Shown piece by piece: positions 16,491-24,214 of a DNA stretch of 41,650 nucleotides (positions are counted from its first letter, which is position 1; every line of letters begins with the position of its first letter). Origin of the DNA: Spirochaetales bacterium (GTDB lineage Bacteria; Spirochaetota; Spirochaetia; Sphaerochaetales; Sphaerochaetaceae). The stretch spans positions 1 through 41,650 of the forward strand of contig JAFZUN010000286.1 in the NCBI GenBank assembly GCA_017618315.1, written 5' to 3'. Position numbers and translations under genes: made by a program. The notes under the pieces were generated by a model. It worked only from the letters and a program-made list of their open reading frames with translations. It did no database searches and was not told the origin of the DNA.

Positions 16491-17494
16491 GACACTACCT
16501 TGTTGATTTTGAGAATGTCAATGATGAAGGACTACGTGAGATAGGCGCACTGCAGAAAGACTGCTGCATACACATCTTCTTCAGCGCCAACACCGCCAGG
16601 ATATCCCTTGAGTACCTCACACTGATGCGTAATGCCACAGTCAGGGCCCATAAGGTCAATGACGACACCAATTCCCTCGATGTGCATCTTGCCACATATC
16701 TCGGATATCTGATCGGTTCCGATGTCAACCAGCAGGATTCATTCTTCATTGTCAGTGCAGGCCATGATTTCAGTGAGCTTGTAAGATTCTGGGAAAGACG
16801 TGGCGTGAACCTCCACATGATAACCATCCGCAACAGGCGTGATGACTATGAGAGACCCACACCATTCAGACAGGCCGCATCAGCTGTTCCGAGACCGGTA
16901 CAGGTCAGGCCTCTTTATGATCGCCCGTCAAGACCAATGGAGAGACCATCCGAGAGACGACCGCTTGAGAGAAGGCCAAGACCGGATTTCTCAAGACCGG
17001 AGCGTCCAAGACCAGTGGCGGAGAGACCAGCTCCTGTCCATATTGAACCTAAGGCAGAGCCCCAGCCGGAGCCTGTGGTTGAACAGCCGGTGCAGATCAA
17101 GGCAGAGCCGGAACTTAAACCGGAACCTGTCCTTGAAGTTGCAGAACCGGTTGAGATCAAGCCCGTGGAGGTCAAACCGGTAGAGACAAAACCCGCAGAG
17201 ATCAAACCTGCGCCGGATCTCAAGCACATCACCCCGCAGCCGGAAGCAGAGGTCAAGGATCCCGTGAAGGTTATTCCCGTAAGATCAGCTGATGGAGTTC
17301 TTCAGATAAAGACTGACAGACCGGATTCCGATATCTTCACTCCGGATGTTCTCAGGTTCGTCAACAGGACACTTGCCGGAAGGGCAGACGATCCGAACCT
17401 CAAGCAGATTGTCTACATGGCGATAGTATCCAAGTATGGCCAGAAGAAGGGTCTTGCAATCTACCGTCAGATTAAGGACTTTGTGGAAGAGTAA
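16487..17494 (+). CDS. NYN/PIN-like domain protein with Pro-rich repeat linker and small C-terminal helical domain
   Basis: The N-terminus YLVDFENVNDEGL...IHIFFS...SLDVHLATYLGYLIG...FFIVSAGHDF follows the NYN/LabA-like acidic-residue pattern. It is followed by about 150 aa of low-complexity P/E/R/K sequence, then a compact C-terminal domain. Confidence 0.6.
   Translation: MRHYLVDFENVNDEGLREIGALQKDCCIHIFFSANTARISLEYLTLMRNATVRAHKVNDDTNSLDVHLATYLGYLIGSDVNQQDSFFIVSAGHDFSELVRFWERRGVNLHMITIRNRRDDYERPTPFRQAASAVPRPVQVRPLYDRPSRPMERPSERRPLERRPRPDFSRPERPRPVAERPAPVHIEPKAEPQPEPVVEQPVQIKAEPELKPEPVLEVAEPVEIKPVEVKPVETKPAEIKPAPDLKHITPQPEAEVKDPVKVIPVRSADGVLQIKTDRPDSDIFTPDVLRFVNRTLAGRADDPNLKQIVYMAIVSKYGQKKGLAIYRQIKDFVEE
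17147..17206 (+). repeat. 4 x 15-nt in-frame tandem repeat encoding P(V/A)E(I/V/T)K
   Basis: ccggttgagatcaag / cccgtggaggtcaaa / ccggtagagacaaaa / cccgcagagatcaaa, read directly. In frame with the ORF starting at 16487. Confidence 0.9.
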
Positions 17495-17511
17495 TATAAA
17501 AAGCCTTGATA

Positions 17512-17550
17512 GAAAAAAAGAACCTTGAACTCAATTCAAGGTTCTTTTTT
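17512..17550. terminator. bidirectional rho-independent terminator
   Basis: 11-bp perfect stem agaaccttgaa (17519-17529) / ttcaaggttct (17535-17545) with a 5-nt loop. It is flanked by an A-run (17512-17518) and a T-run (17546-17550), so it serves both the + strand gene and the - strand tRNA. Confidence 0.85.
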
Positions 17551-17551
17551 A

Positions 17552-17624
17552 TGGGCCCACTGAGATTTGAACTCAGGACCAAAGGATTATGAGTCCTCTG
17601 CTCTAACCGCTGAGCTACAGGCCC
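17552..17624 (-). tRNA. tRNA with CAT anticodon (elongator Met, or Ile2 if lysidine-modified)
   Basis: The reverse complement GGGCCTGTAGCTCAGCGGTTAGAGCAGAGGACTCATAATCCTTTGGTCCTGAGTTCAAATCTCAGTGGGCCCA folds as a cloverleaf. Acceptor 7 bp (two G-U), D stem GCTC/GAGC, anticodon stem GAGGA/TCCTT, loop CTCATAA, T stem CTGAG/CTCAG, T loop TTCAAAT. No encoded CCA. Position 1-72 is paired and there are no three consecutive G-C pairs (GGG/CCC) closing the anticodon stem, so it is not an initiator. Confidence 0.9.
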
Positions 17625-17737
17625 GGTCACCTTACAACACTCTTACTCTTATAGGTGGCGTCTTAAGTTAGCACTTTTATATTTGAATTTCAAGTGTATC
17701 CTTGTTTTTGCCGATGCAATAAAATACAATTCAAACA

Positions 17738-18961
17738 ATGAGACGCAAGGCCTTCATTCTTTTTTCCATGTTCCTGATGCTGTTCGCCTGTGTCTCACTG
17801 TCAGCATTGTCTTTCGACACAAAGCTCACCGGACTCACCACACACCCTGATTTCTGGCTTGGAATGTTCCCCTCTAGTGTAAGATGCTTCGCCGGTCTTG
17901 ATGGGCTGGAGTTCATTCCCGGAAGAGTGACAGAGGCAGGTGTTGAGATCGCAACGGGAACTATTGCCAGGACATTGTCACAGGATCCCGAGACAGGAAC
18001 CGTCATAGGTGACTCCTCTGAGTCTGAGCTCAAGGACAACAGGTACTACGATGTCACTTATGCGGCATGGAAGATAGGTGTGGCCCAAGGCATAGGCTGG
18101 TCCAGACTGGCGGATTTTGATCTGGTGACCTTGAGGTTCACCATTGACGGGCAATGGGAGGTGGCGCTTGATCCACTGATGCAGGTTGCCTCCAGATCCG
18201 GTTATCCGTTCAGGAACATAACGGCATTCAGCAATGCCGTTCCGGGACAGGTTCTTCCCGGAACTCCTGACCTTTCCGGAAATAGACAGCTCTTGAGCAC
18301 ATGCTTCGACCTGTACGGAAAGCTTTCCGACCGCCTTTTCAGCACTGGATTCCTGGACGGGCTTTCTGTGGAGTTCAAGTTCGTGTGGGCTCCCGCATTC
18401 ATGACTTTCTCCAAAGGTTACGGTGGTTATGCCGATTACTGGAAGATCTGGACCTATGCCCAGTTCGGCAAGATGATTCATCAGAAAAAAGACGCAGAAG
18501 GAAACAACAAATGGTCGATCGGCATATCAGATGAGTTTGAGATGCGCCTCTTGGGTGGAGAGTATGTGCCAGAGTACGCGAGGACGCTCAAGTCTCACGT
18601 CTGGTGGTATGAGCCTGAGAACATGACGTTCATCGCCAAGAACACATTCCGCATAAACTACTACGGACAGCAGTTCTTCGGGGACTGCATCCCATACATC
18701 TATCTTTTCCTGGACCTGAACTTCTCAGGCGGAAAACTGAACAATTATACCCTTGACGAGAAGATTGCCTCGGTCTGGGAGGGAAGCTTCGGGGTTCATG
18801 TGGAGCTACAGCTTTTCAGCATGTTCCATATTTACTATGAAATCGGCCGTGTTTTCATGTATACTGGCGATAAGGAAGGCGTGAAGGGCCTTCAATATTC
18901 CAAGACCGTGCGGATTACCGTATCGTTGCCTGGCGGCGATGGTGCTGACTGGTCGAACTAA
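17738..18961 (+). CDS. hypothetical exported protein, OMP-like (paralog 1)
   Basis: Signal peptide MRRKAFILFSMFLMLFACVSLSALS. Rich in aromatic-alternating segments. Shares a region of similarity with the next gene. Confidence 0.55.
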   Translation: MRRKAFILFSMFLMLFACVSLSALSFDTKLTGLTTHPDFWLGMFPSSVRCFAGLDGLEFIPGRVTEAGVEIATGTIARTLSQDPETGTVIGDSSESELKDNRYYDVTYAAWKIGVAQGIGWSRLADFDLVTLRFTIDGQWEVALDPLMQVASRSGYPFRNITAFSNAVPGQVLPGTPDLSGNRQLLSTCFDLYGKLSDRLFSTGFLDGLSVEFKFVWAPAFMTFSKGYGGYADYWKIWTYAQFGKMIHQKKDAEGNNKWSIGISDEFEMRLLGGEYVPEYARTLKSHVWWYEPENMTFIAKNTFRINYYGQQFFGDCIPYIYLFLDLNFSGGKLNNYTLDEKIASVWEGSFGVHVELQLFSMFHIYYEIGRVFMYTGDKEGVKGLQYSKTVRITVSLPGGDGADWSN

Positions 18962-18979
18962 ACACTTAAGGGGCATTAA

Positions 18980-20233
18980 ATGAAGAAAGCGTTGACTGTT
19001 GTTCTGATTCTCGCACTTGCGCTCTGCAGCGTCTTTGCAGGTGATTTCAAGTTTCTGTTCACGGAACTTGACCAGCATACGGAGATCCTTGCCGGATTCC
19101 TTCCCACGCTCACAGCCATCGGAGCAGGGTATGAGGGGCTTTCCCTTATAGAGGGGGATCTGACTCAGTTCCAGGCCACAATCGGAGGCGGTTACACCCA
19201 GCGTGTGCTTTTCCAGAATCCTTTCACAGGCGAGCCCCTAATTGCAGACCAGATGCTCTATGACCAGATCCAGGTCCGCTGGAACCTGAAGTTCCTGCAG
19301 GGTTTCGGAGATTCCTGGGTTGAGGGCAAGGACCTTGTCACTGCATATGTGGGCTATGAGGGCCGTTATGAGAAGGCGATAGATTCCATGGTTCTCGGAG
19401 AGAGCAGATACCGCGGTTATGCCGATGCGGCCACAAGGACAACGGGCAAGACAGCCATTCCGAGCCTCAATGACTGGTTTAACGTGCACTATGACGACGG
19501 AAGCGGAAACGGAACCCTCAAGGGAAACAAGATTTACCCGGATCTTGCAGATGACTACACCGCATTCATGACCAACTTCTATCTGGGAGCAAGGCTCAAC
19601 CTCATGGATGACAAGATGGTCTCAAATGAGGGAGCTCTTGCGGAGATAAAGCTCCAGTTCGCACCGTCTTTCCTGAACAACAAGGCAAGCTACTACAGCG
19701 TCACATTCAATGCCGTTGCGGGAACCACTCTTTTTGAGATGTCCAACAAGAAGGGCCTGAACCTGTTCTCAGTTGTCCTGATTGACAGGGTGAACGTGAA
19801 CTGGACTGACGGAAGCCAGGTTCCTGTCTATGCCTCAATGCCCGTCTCCCTTGGAAGAAAGGTCCGCGGCTTCAACACCAACAGCTACAACACGAACTTC
19901 ACAGTGGTCAATAACCTTGATATCCGTCTTGCGGGTCCCGAGTTCATCATGGATGGCGTGTTCCCGCGCCTGAACCTGTTCTTTGACATGGGCTGGCATG
20001 CCGGCAACTATTTCAACACAGGGTACAACGGAGTCTCGGCAAAGAGTGCCGCTGACATGGCAGAGCAGTATGATCTCAAGCGTTTCCTCTGTTCCACAGG
20101 TTTCCAGCTTGAGATGTGCATCTTTGACTTCATCGATCTCGGATTCCAGCTCTCCTATCTTATCAGCGGAGACAACATGAGGACCCCGGGGGAGAAGTTC
20201 ATAACCGGCGCCACTTTCTTCTTAGATTTCTGA
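18980..20233 (+). CDS. hypothetical exported protein, OMP-like (paralog 2)
   Basis: Signal peptide MKKALTVVLILALALCSVFAG. Ends in ...GATFFLDF, a terminal aromatic residue like the beta-barrel C-terminal signal. RBS AAGGGG. Confidence 0.55.
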   Translation: MKKALTVVLILALALCSVFAGDFKFLFTELDQHTEILAGFLPTLTAIGAGYEGLSLIEGDLTQFQATIGGGYTQRVLFQNPFTGEPLIADQMLYDQIQVRWNLKFLQGFGDSWVEGKDLVTAYVGYEGRYEKAIDSMVLGESRYRGYADAATRTTGKTAIPSLNDWFNVHYDDGSGNGTLKGNKIYPDLADDYTAFMTNFYLGARLNLMDDKMVSNEGALAEIKLQFAPSFLNNKASYYSVTFNAVAGTTLFEMSNKKGLNLFSVVLIDRVNVNWTDGSQVPVYASMPVSLGRKVRGFNTNSYNTNFTVVNNLDIRLAGPEFIMDGVFPRLNLFFDMGWHAGNYFNTGYNGVSAKSAADMAEQYDLKRFLCSTGFQLEMCIFDFIDLGFQLSYLISGDNMRTPGEKFITGATFFLDF

Positions 20234-20270
20234 TTCAAATATACGGCTGATTTCTTCGTTGCTGCGCGAG

Positions 20271-20306
20271 GGCCGTGCCTGTTCATCTGGCACGGCCTCA
20301 TTATTG
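20271..20306 (+). terminator. hairpin terminator candidate after the OMP-like pair
   Basis: ggccgtgcc (20271-20279) / ggcacggcc (20289-20297), a 9-bp GC-rich stem with a 9-nt loop, followed by a weak tcattattgt tract. Confidence 0.45.
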
Positions 20307-20341
20307 TCTAAGGTAATTGATTTCAATATACTGACTTCACT

Positions 20342-21910
20342 ATGGAACAGAATTCAGTACATTGGGCGGATATTTACGCTGACAAGATCATCAGGGAGAA
20401 GGGTCAGAAGGACCTTTACACATGTGCATCGGGAATAACCCCGTCAGGCACAGTCCACATCGGAAACTTCAGGGAAATCATCTCGGTTGACCTGGTTGTC
20501 AAAGCTTTGAGGCAGAAGGGGCAGAAAGTGCGCTTCATCTACTCATGGGATGACTACGATGTCTTCAGGAAGGTCCCCAAGAACATGCCTCAGCCTGAGC
20601 TTCTTGAGACATACCTCAGAAAACCCATTACATTGGTTCCGGATACAACCGGAAGAGCTGACAACTATGCCCGCGGAAACGAGCTTGATGTGGAAGAGAA
20701 GCTTCCCATTGTCGGTGTCTATCCGGAGTATCTCTATCAGGCACAGCGCTACAGAAGCTCAATGTATGCAGAGCAGATGAAGAAGGCCCTTGAGCTCAAG
20801 AGCCAGATCATCGGTGTTCTTAACCAGTACAGGGCAGAGCCTCTTGATGACTCATGGTGGCCAATTGCAGTATTCAGCTCCTTCACGGACAAGGACAACA
20901 CCACCATCCTCTCATGGGACGGTGAGTACGGGATTACATACCGCGACAATGACATCGGCAAGGAAGAGACGATTGACCTCAGGACCACGCCTTATGCAAA
21001 GCTTCACTGGAGAGTGGACTGGCCCATGCGCTGGGTTGTTGAGGGCGTTGACTTCGAGCCTGCAGGAAAAGATCATCACTCAAAGGGCGGAAGCTTTGAC
21101 ACATCAAAGCAGATTGTCGAGTTCTTCGGCGGTCATGCACCGGTTTCATTCCAGTATGATTTCATCTCAATCAAGGGACGCGGAGGAAAGATCTCCTCAT
21201 CAAGCGGAGAGGTCGTATCTCTGGGCGATGTCCTTGAGGTCTATACTCCGGAGCTGACAAGGTTCCTCTTTGCATCAACAAGGCCCAACACTGAGTTTGC
21301 AATCTCATTTGATTTGGATGTCCTGAAGCTCTATGAGGACTATGACAACTGTGAGAGAAGGTACTTTGGCCTGCTTCCATGCAATGAGAAGAAGCTTGCA
21401 ATGGAGAAGAGAGTATATGAGCTCTCACAGGTTGGTGATGTCCCCAAGACTCCATGCTACCAGATTCCGTTCAGGCACCTTTGCAATCTGCTTCAGATCA
21501 ACAGCGGAGACATCGAGGCTGTTATCTCATCCCTGCCGGACCTCAAGGAAGATCAGGTTGAGAGACTCAGAACCCGCTGTCGCTGCGCATGGACATGGAT
21601 CACTACTTTTGCTCCCGAGGATTTCAGGTTCTCAGTAGCAAAAGCTGACACCCCTAAGGTTGATCTGGATGAAGATGGGATCAAAGCCATCAGGGCACTT
21701 TGCGCAAAGGTAAGCACCTGGGACGGTAATGATGAGAAGGAGCTTTCAGAGCTTGTCTATGCCGCAGCTGCTGATGCAGGTGTTGAGAACACAGTGCTCT
21801 TCACTGCCACATATCTTGCCTTGATTGGCAAGGAGAAGGGACCCAAGCTTGCCGGTTTCATCAACACAATCGGAAAGGCAAGGGTTCTTGAGGTCCTGTC
21901 AAGATATTGA
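20342..21910 (+). CDS. lysK: lysine--tRNA ligase, class I
   Basis: 522 aa. HIGN variant of the HIGH motif (GTVHIGNFRE) and a KISSSSG variant of KMSKS, with length and architecture of class-I LysRS. Confidence 0.9.
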   Translation: MEQNSVHWADIYADKIIREKGQKDLYTCASGITPSGTVHIGNFREIISVDLVVKALRQKGQKVRFIYSWDDYDVFRKVPKNMPQPELLETYLRKPITLVPDTTGRADNYARGNELDVEEKLPIVGVYPEYLYQAQRYRSSMYAEQMKKALELKSQIIGVLNQYRAEPLDDSWWPIAVFSSFTDKDNTTILSWDGEYGITYRDNDIGKEETIDLRTTPYAKLHWRVDWPMRWVVEGVDFEPAGKDHHSKGGSFDTSKQIVEFFGGHAPVSFQYDFISIKGRGGKISSSSGEVVSLGDVLEVYTPELTRFLFASTRPNTEFAISFDLDVLKLYEDYDNCERRYFGLLPCNEKKLAMEKRVYELSQVGDVPKTPCYQIPFRHLCNLLQINSGDIEAVISSLPDLKEDQVERLRTRCRCAWTWITTFAPEDFRFSVAKADTPKVDLDEDGIKAIRALCAKVSTWDGNDEKELSELVYAAAADAGVENTVLFTATYLALIGKEKGPKLAGFINTIGKARVLEVLSRY

Positions 21911-21912
21911 TG

Positions 21913-22626
21913 TCAGATTCCGGGATCAACGGCCAGAACATATGGACGCAGGGTCTCGAACCACAGATTGTTTCCTGAATCGTTGAAGTGCACTCCATCC
22001 GGGGTGCACAATTCTTTTTTGAGCTTTCCGTTCTCATCGTTCATGGCAGAGGCCATGTCTATGACTTCCATGCCATGTGTTGCGGCCAATTCTTTGATGA
22101 TGACGTTGGCTTCCTCGATTCTTTTGTTGATCATAGATACCGTTTTGGCATTAAAGGTTTCTCCGTCCGCGATTCCGGCGACAGTATTCACGTAGACGGT
22201 CAGACCAAGAGCCTGAAGTTCTGAAAGAAGCCTGTCATATTCGGAACGGAAAACTGAACTGTCATACTTGCTGCTCATGCAGTCATTGCCGCCGATTGCA
22301 AGAAAGACACATTCAAGCTGCCCGTTTTCTGCCAAAGTCCGGATCTGAGCCATTCTTGAAAGAAGGTTGCCCACCTTATCACCACCAACACCGAGGTTGA
22401 TCACCTTCGAGTCTGGATATGCGGCGTTCCAGTCAGCTCCTATGACCCTTGAATCTCCGAAGAAAGCAATCTTGGCATCCGTGTGAGCAAGGCTCTGCGC
22501 CCATGCCTCTGCGATGTGGTCATACATCATGTTGTATACTTCCAGTGATATCTTGTCCTGTGAGCAGCTCACAAGGCAGGGCAGCGACAGCACCGTAATG
22601 CATGCGAATAAAAGAAATCGTCTCAT
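21913..22626 (-). CDS. SGNH/GDSL hydrolase-family lipoprotein
   Basis: Lipobox LVSC in MRRFLLFACITVLSLPCLVSC. SGNH blocks FFGDS, GGND and DGVHF. Confidence 0.8.
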   Translation of the reverse strand: MRRFLLFACITVLSLPCLVSCSQDKISLEVYNMMYDHIAEAWAQSLAHTDAKIAFFGDSRVIGADWNAAYPDSKVINLGVGGDKVGNLLSRMAQIRTLAENGQLECVFLAIGGNDCMSSKYDSSVFRSEYDRLLSELQALGLTVYVNTVAGIADGETFNAKTVSMINKRIEEANVIIKELAATHGMEVIDMASAMNDENGKLKKELCTPDGVHFNDSGNNLWFETLRPYVLAVDPGI

Positions 22627-22627
22627 T

Positions 22628-23521
22628 TCAGTCCCTGGTCTCCTTGAAAACCTTTGAGAGTATCATGTCGTTGGATTTCCATTTGCCGTTGACGCGTACG
22701 CGGAGATCCAGCTCAAGCTTAGAGGACGGGAATATCTTCTTGATGTCCTTAAATGCGGCAATTCGAATCTTTTTGATGTTTTCTCCGCCTTTTCCGACCA
22801 TTATTCCTTTCTGGCTTTCTCTCTCTACTGTTATGAACGCGCGGATCCATACCTTGTTTTCCGCCTCATTGTACTCCAGGTCGGAGACCTCAACCATTAT
22901 TGCATAGGGGATCTCTGCGGTAACGGAGTTCATGGCTTTCTCTCTGATGATCTCCGAGACGCGGAACTCGAGGTTCTGGTCTGTCCATGTGTCCTGATCA
23001 TAGAGCAGGTCTCCTTCCGGGGCATGCTTGAATAGCTCTATCAGAATCTCGTCAACGCCGTCATCGTTCTTGGCTGAGGCGGTGAGAATCACACGTCCGG
23101 GCATGTTGCGCTTCAGATAGTCCTCTGCTTCCTTGATCTGGCTATCGGAGAGGATGTCCTTCTTGTTGATGCAGCAGACGACGGGAACCGAAAGACCGCT
23201 GAGCATGTAGGTGATGGCATCCTCCTCGGAGCCCGGTTTGCGGGTGGCATCAAGCATGTACAGTACGGCATCGGTCTCTTCCAGGGATGAGACAGCAATG
23301 TCCTGCATTCGCTTCTGGAATTTCTTCTCAGAGATGTGGAAGCCCGGGGTGTCTGTGAAGATCAGTTGCCCGCGGCTGTCCGTGTAGATTCCGCGGATGG
23401 CGTTGCGGGTTGTGTGTGGGGTAGGGCTTGTGATTGAGACCTTGGACTCACATATTGTGTTCAGGAGTGTTGATTTTCCGGAAGAGGGTCTTCCGATTAT
23501 GGCTACTGATGCGCATTTCAT
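22628..23521 (-). CDS. era: GTPase Era
   Basis: G1 GRPSSGKST, G3 DTPG, G4 NKKD and a C-terminal KH domain (VERESQKGIMVGKGG). Start refined to the Met of MKCASVAIIGRP (plus-strand cat at 23519-23521) rather than the track start at 23617. Confidence 0.9.
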   Translation of the reverse strand: MKCASVAIIGRPSSGKSTLLNTICESKVSITSPTPHTTRNAIRGIYTDSRGQLIFTDTPGFHISEKKFQKRMQDIAVSSLEETDAVLYMLDATRKPGSEEDAITYMLSGLSVPVVCCINKKDILSDSQIKEAEDYLKRNMPGRVILTASAKNDDGVDEILIELFKHAPEGDLLYDQDTWTDQNLEFRVSEIIREKAMNSVTAEIPYAIMVEVSDLEYNEAENKVWIRAFITVERESQKGIMVGKGGENIKKIRIAAFKDIKKIFPSSKLELDLRVRVNGKWKSNDMILSKVFKETRD

Positions 23522-23617
23522 AACTGCGATTATAATGGTTTTGACGTTTGCTTCCAAGGTTGAAATCAAACAGGATTGCTGATATTTTGTATATTGCATG
23601 TGCATCACGGAGGCCAT

Positions 23618-24202
23618 ATGAGACTAGAGGACAAAGAGAATAAAAACGAACAGAACATGAATGCGGCAGGGCAGTATGACAAGCTGCTCAAGACAAGATC
23701 CCTGCTTCTTTCAGGAGAGATCAACAAGGATTCCGCAGACAAGCTGATCAAGGATATTCTTGTCCTTGAGGCTGAGAGCAATGAACCGGTGCGCATCTTC
23801 ATAAATTCTCCGGGCGGTGATGTGGATGCCGGATTTGCAATCTATGACATGGTCAGGTTCATCTCATGTCCTGTGATCATGATTGGAATGGGACTTGTGG
23901 CAAGCGCTGCATCCCTGATCCTGCTTGCAGTTCCTGCCGAGCGCAGGATAGGGCTTCCGAATTCCTCTTATCTGATTCATCAGCCGCTCAGCGAGATGAA
24001 GGGCAATGCAACCGATATTGAGATTCATGCCATGCAGCTTGAGAAGATGAAGGCAAAGATCAACTGCATCATAGCAGAGGCGACAGGCATGAGCCTTGAC
24101 ACTGTGACCGCCGATACAGACAGGGATCACTGGCTTGATGCCTTTGAAGCCCAGAAGTACGGCCTGATCAGCAGGGTCGTGGAAAGCAGAAGCAAGCTTT
24201 AA
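23618..24202 (+). CDS. clpP: ATP-dependent Clp protease proteolytic subunit (ClpP family)
   Basis: Catalytic Ser context GLVASAASL, His in IHQP, Asp in DTDRDHW. Start refined to ATG 23618 after GGAGG (23608-23612). Confidence 0.85.
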   Translation: MRLEDKENKNEQNMNAAGQYDKLLKTRSLLLSGEINKDSADKLIKDILVLEAESNEPVRIFINSPGGDVDAGFAIYDMVRFISCPVIMIGMGLVASAASLILLAVPAERRIGLPNSSYLIHQPLSEMKGNATDIEIHAMQLEKMKAKINCIIAEATGMSLDTVTADTDRDHWLDAFEAQKYGLISRVVESRSKL

Positions 24203-24214
24203 GGTTTTCTGCCA

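Noticed and set aside
17147-17206. Possible CRISPR-like or intergenic tandem repeat array.
   Set aside because: The 15-nt units are contiguous with no spacers and are in frame inside a CDS, where they encode a pentapeptide repeat. No cas genes are present in the window.
16839-17256. Alternative-frame ORFs across the Pro-rich region (16839..17183+, 16915..17256-, 16991..17227-).
   Set aside because: They are artefacts of the repetitive, GC-rich low-complexity coding sequence. The 16487 frame is continuous with structured N- and C-terminal domains.
17625-17737. Promoter for the tRNA (TTGAAA ... TAACTT on the minus strand) and the TTGAAtTTCAA palindrome.
   Set aside because: The hexamers match the consensus poorly and several alternatives exist. 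I cannot place a promoter confidently without 5'-end data.
20234-20341. T-box or other leader riboswitch upstream of lysK (and of argS at 38724-38727).
   Set aside because: The lysK leader is only 108 nt and is mostly taken up by the upstream terminator. argS is 4 nt from birA. Neither leaves room for a roughly 200-nt T-box, and I saw no specifier or T-box motif.
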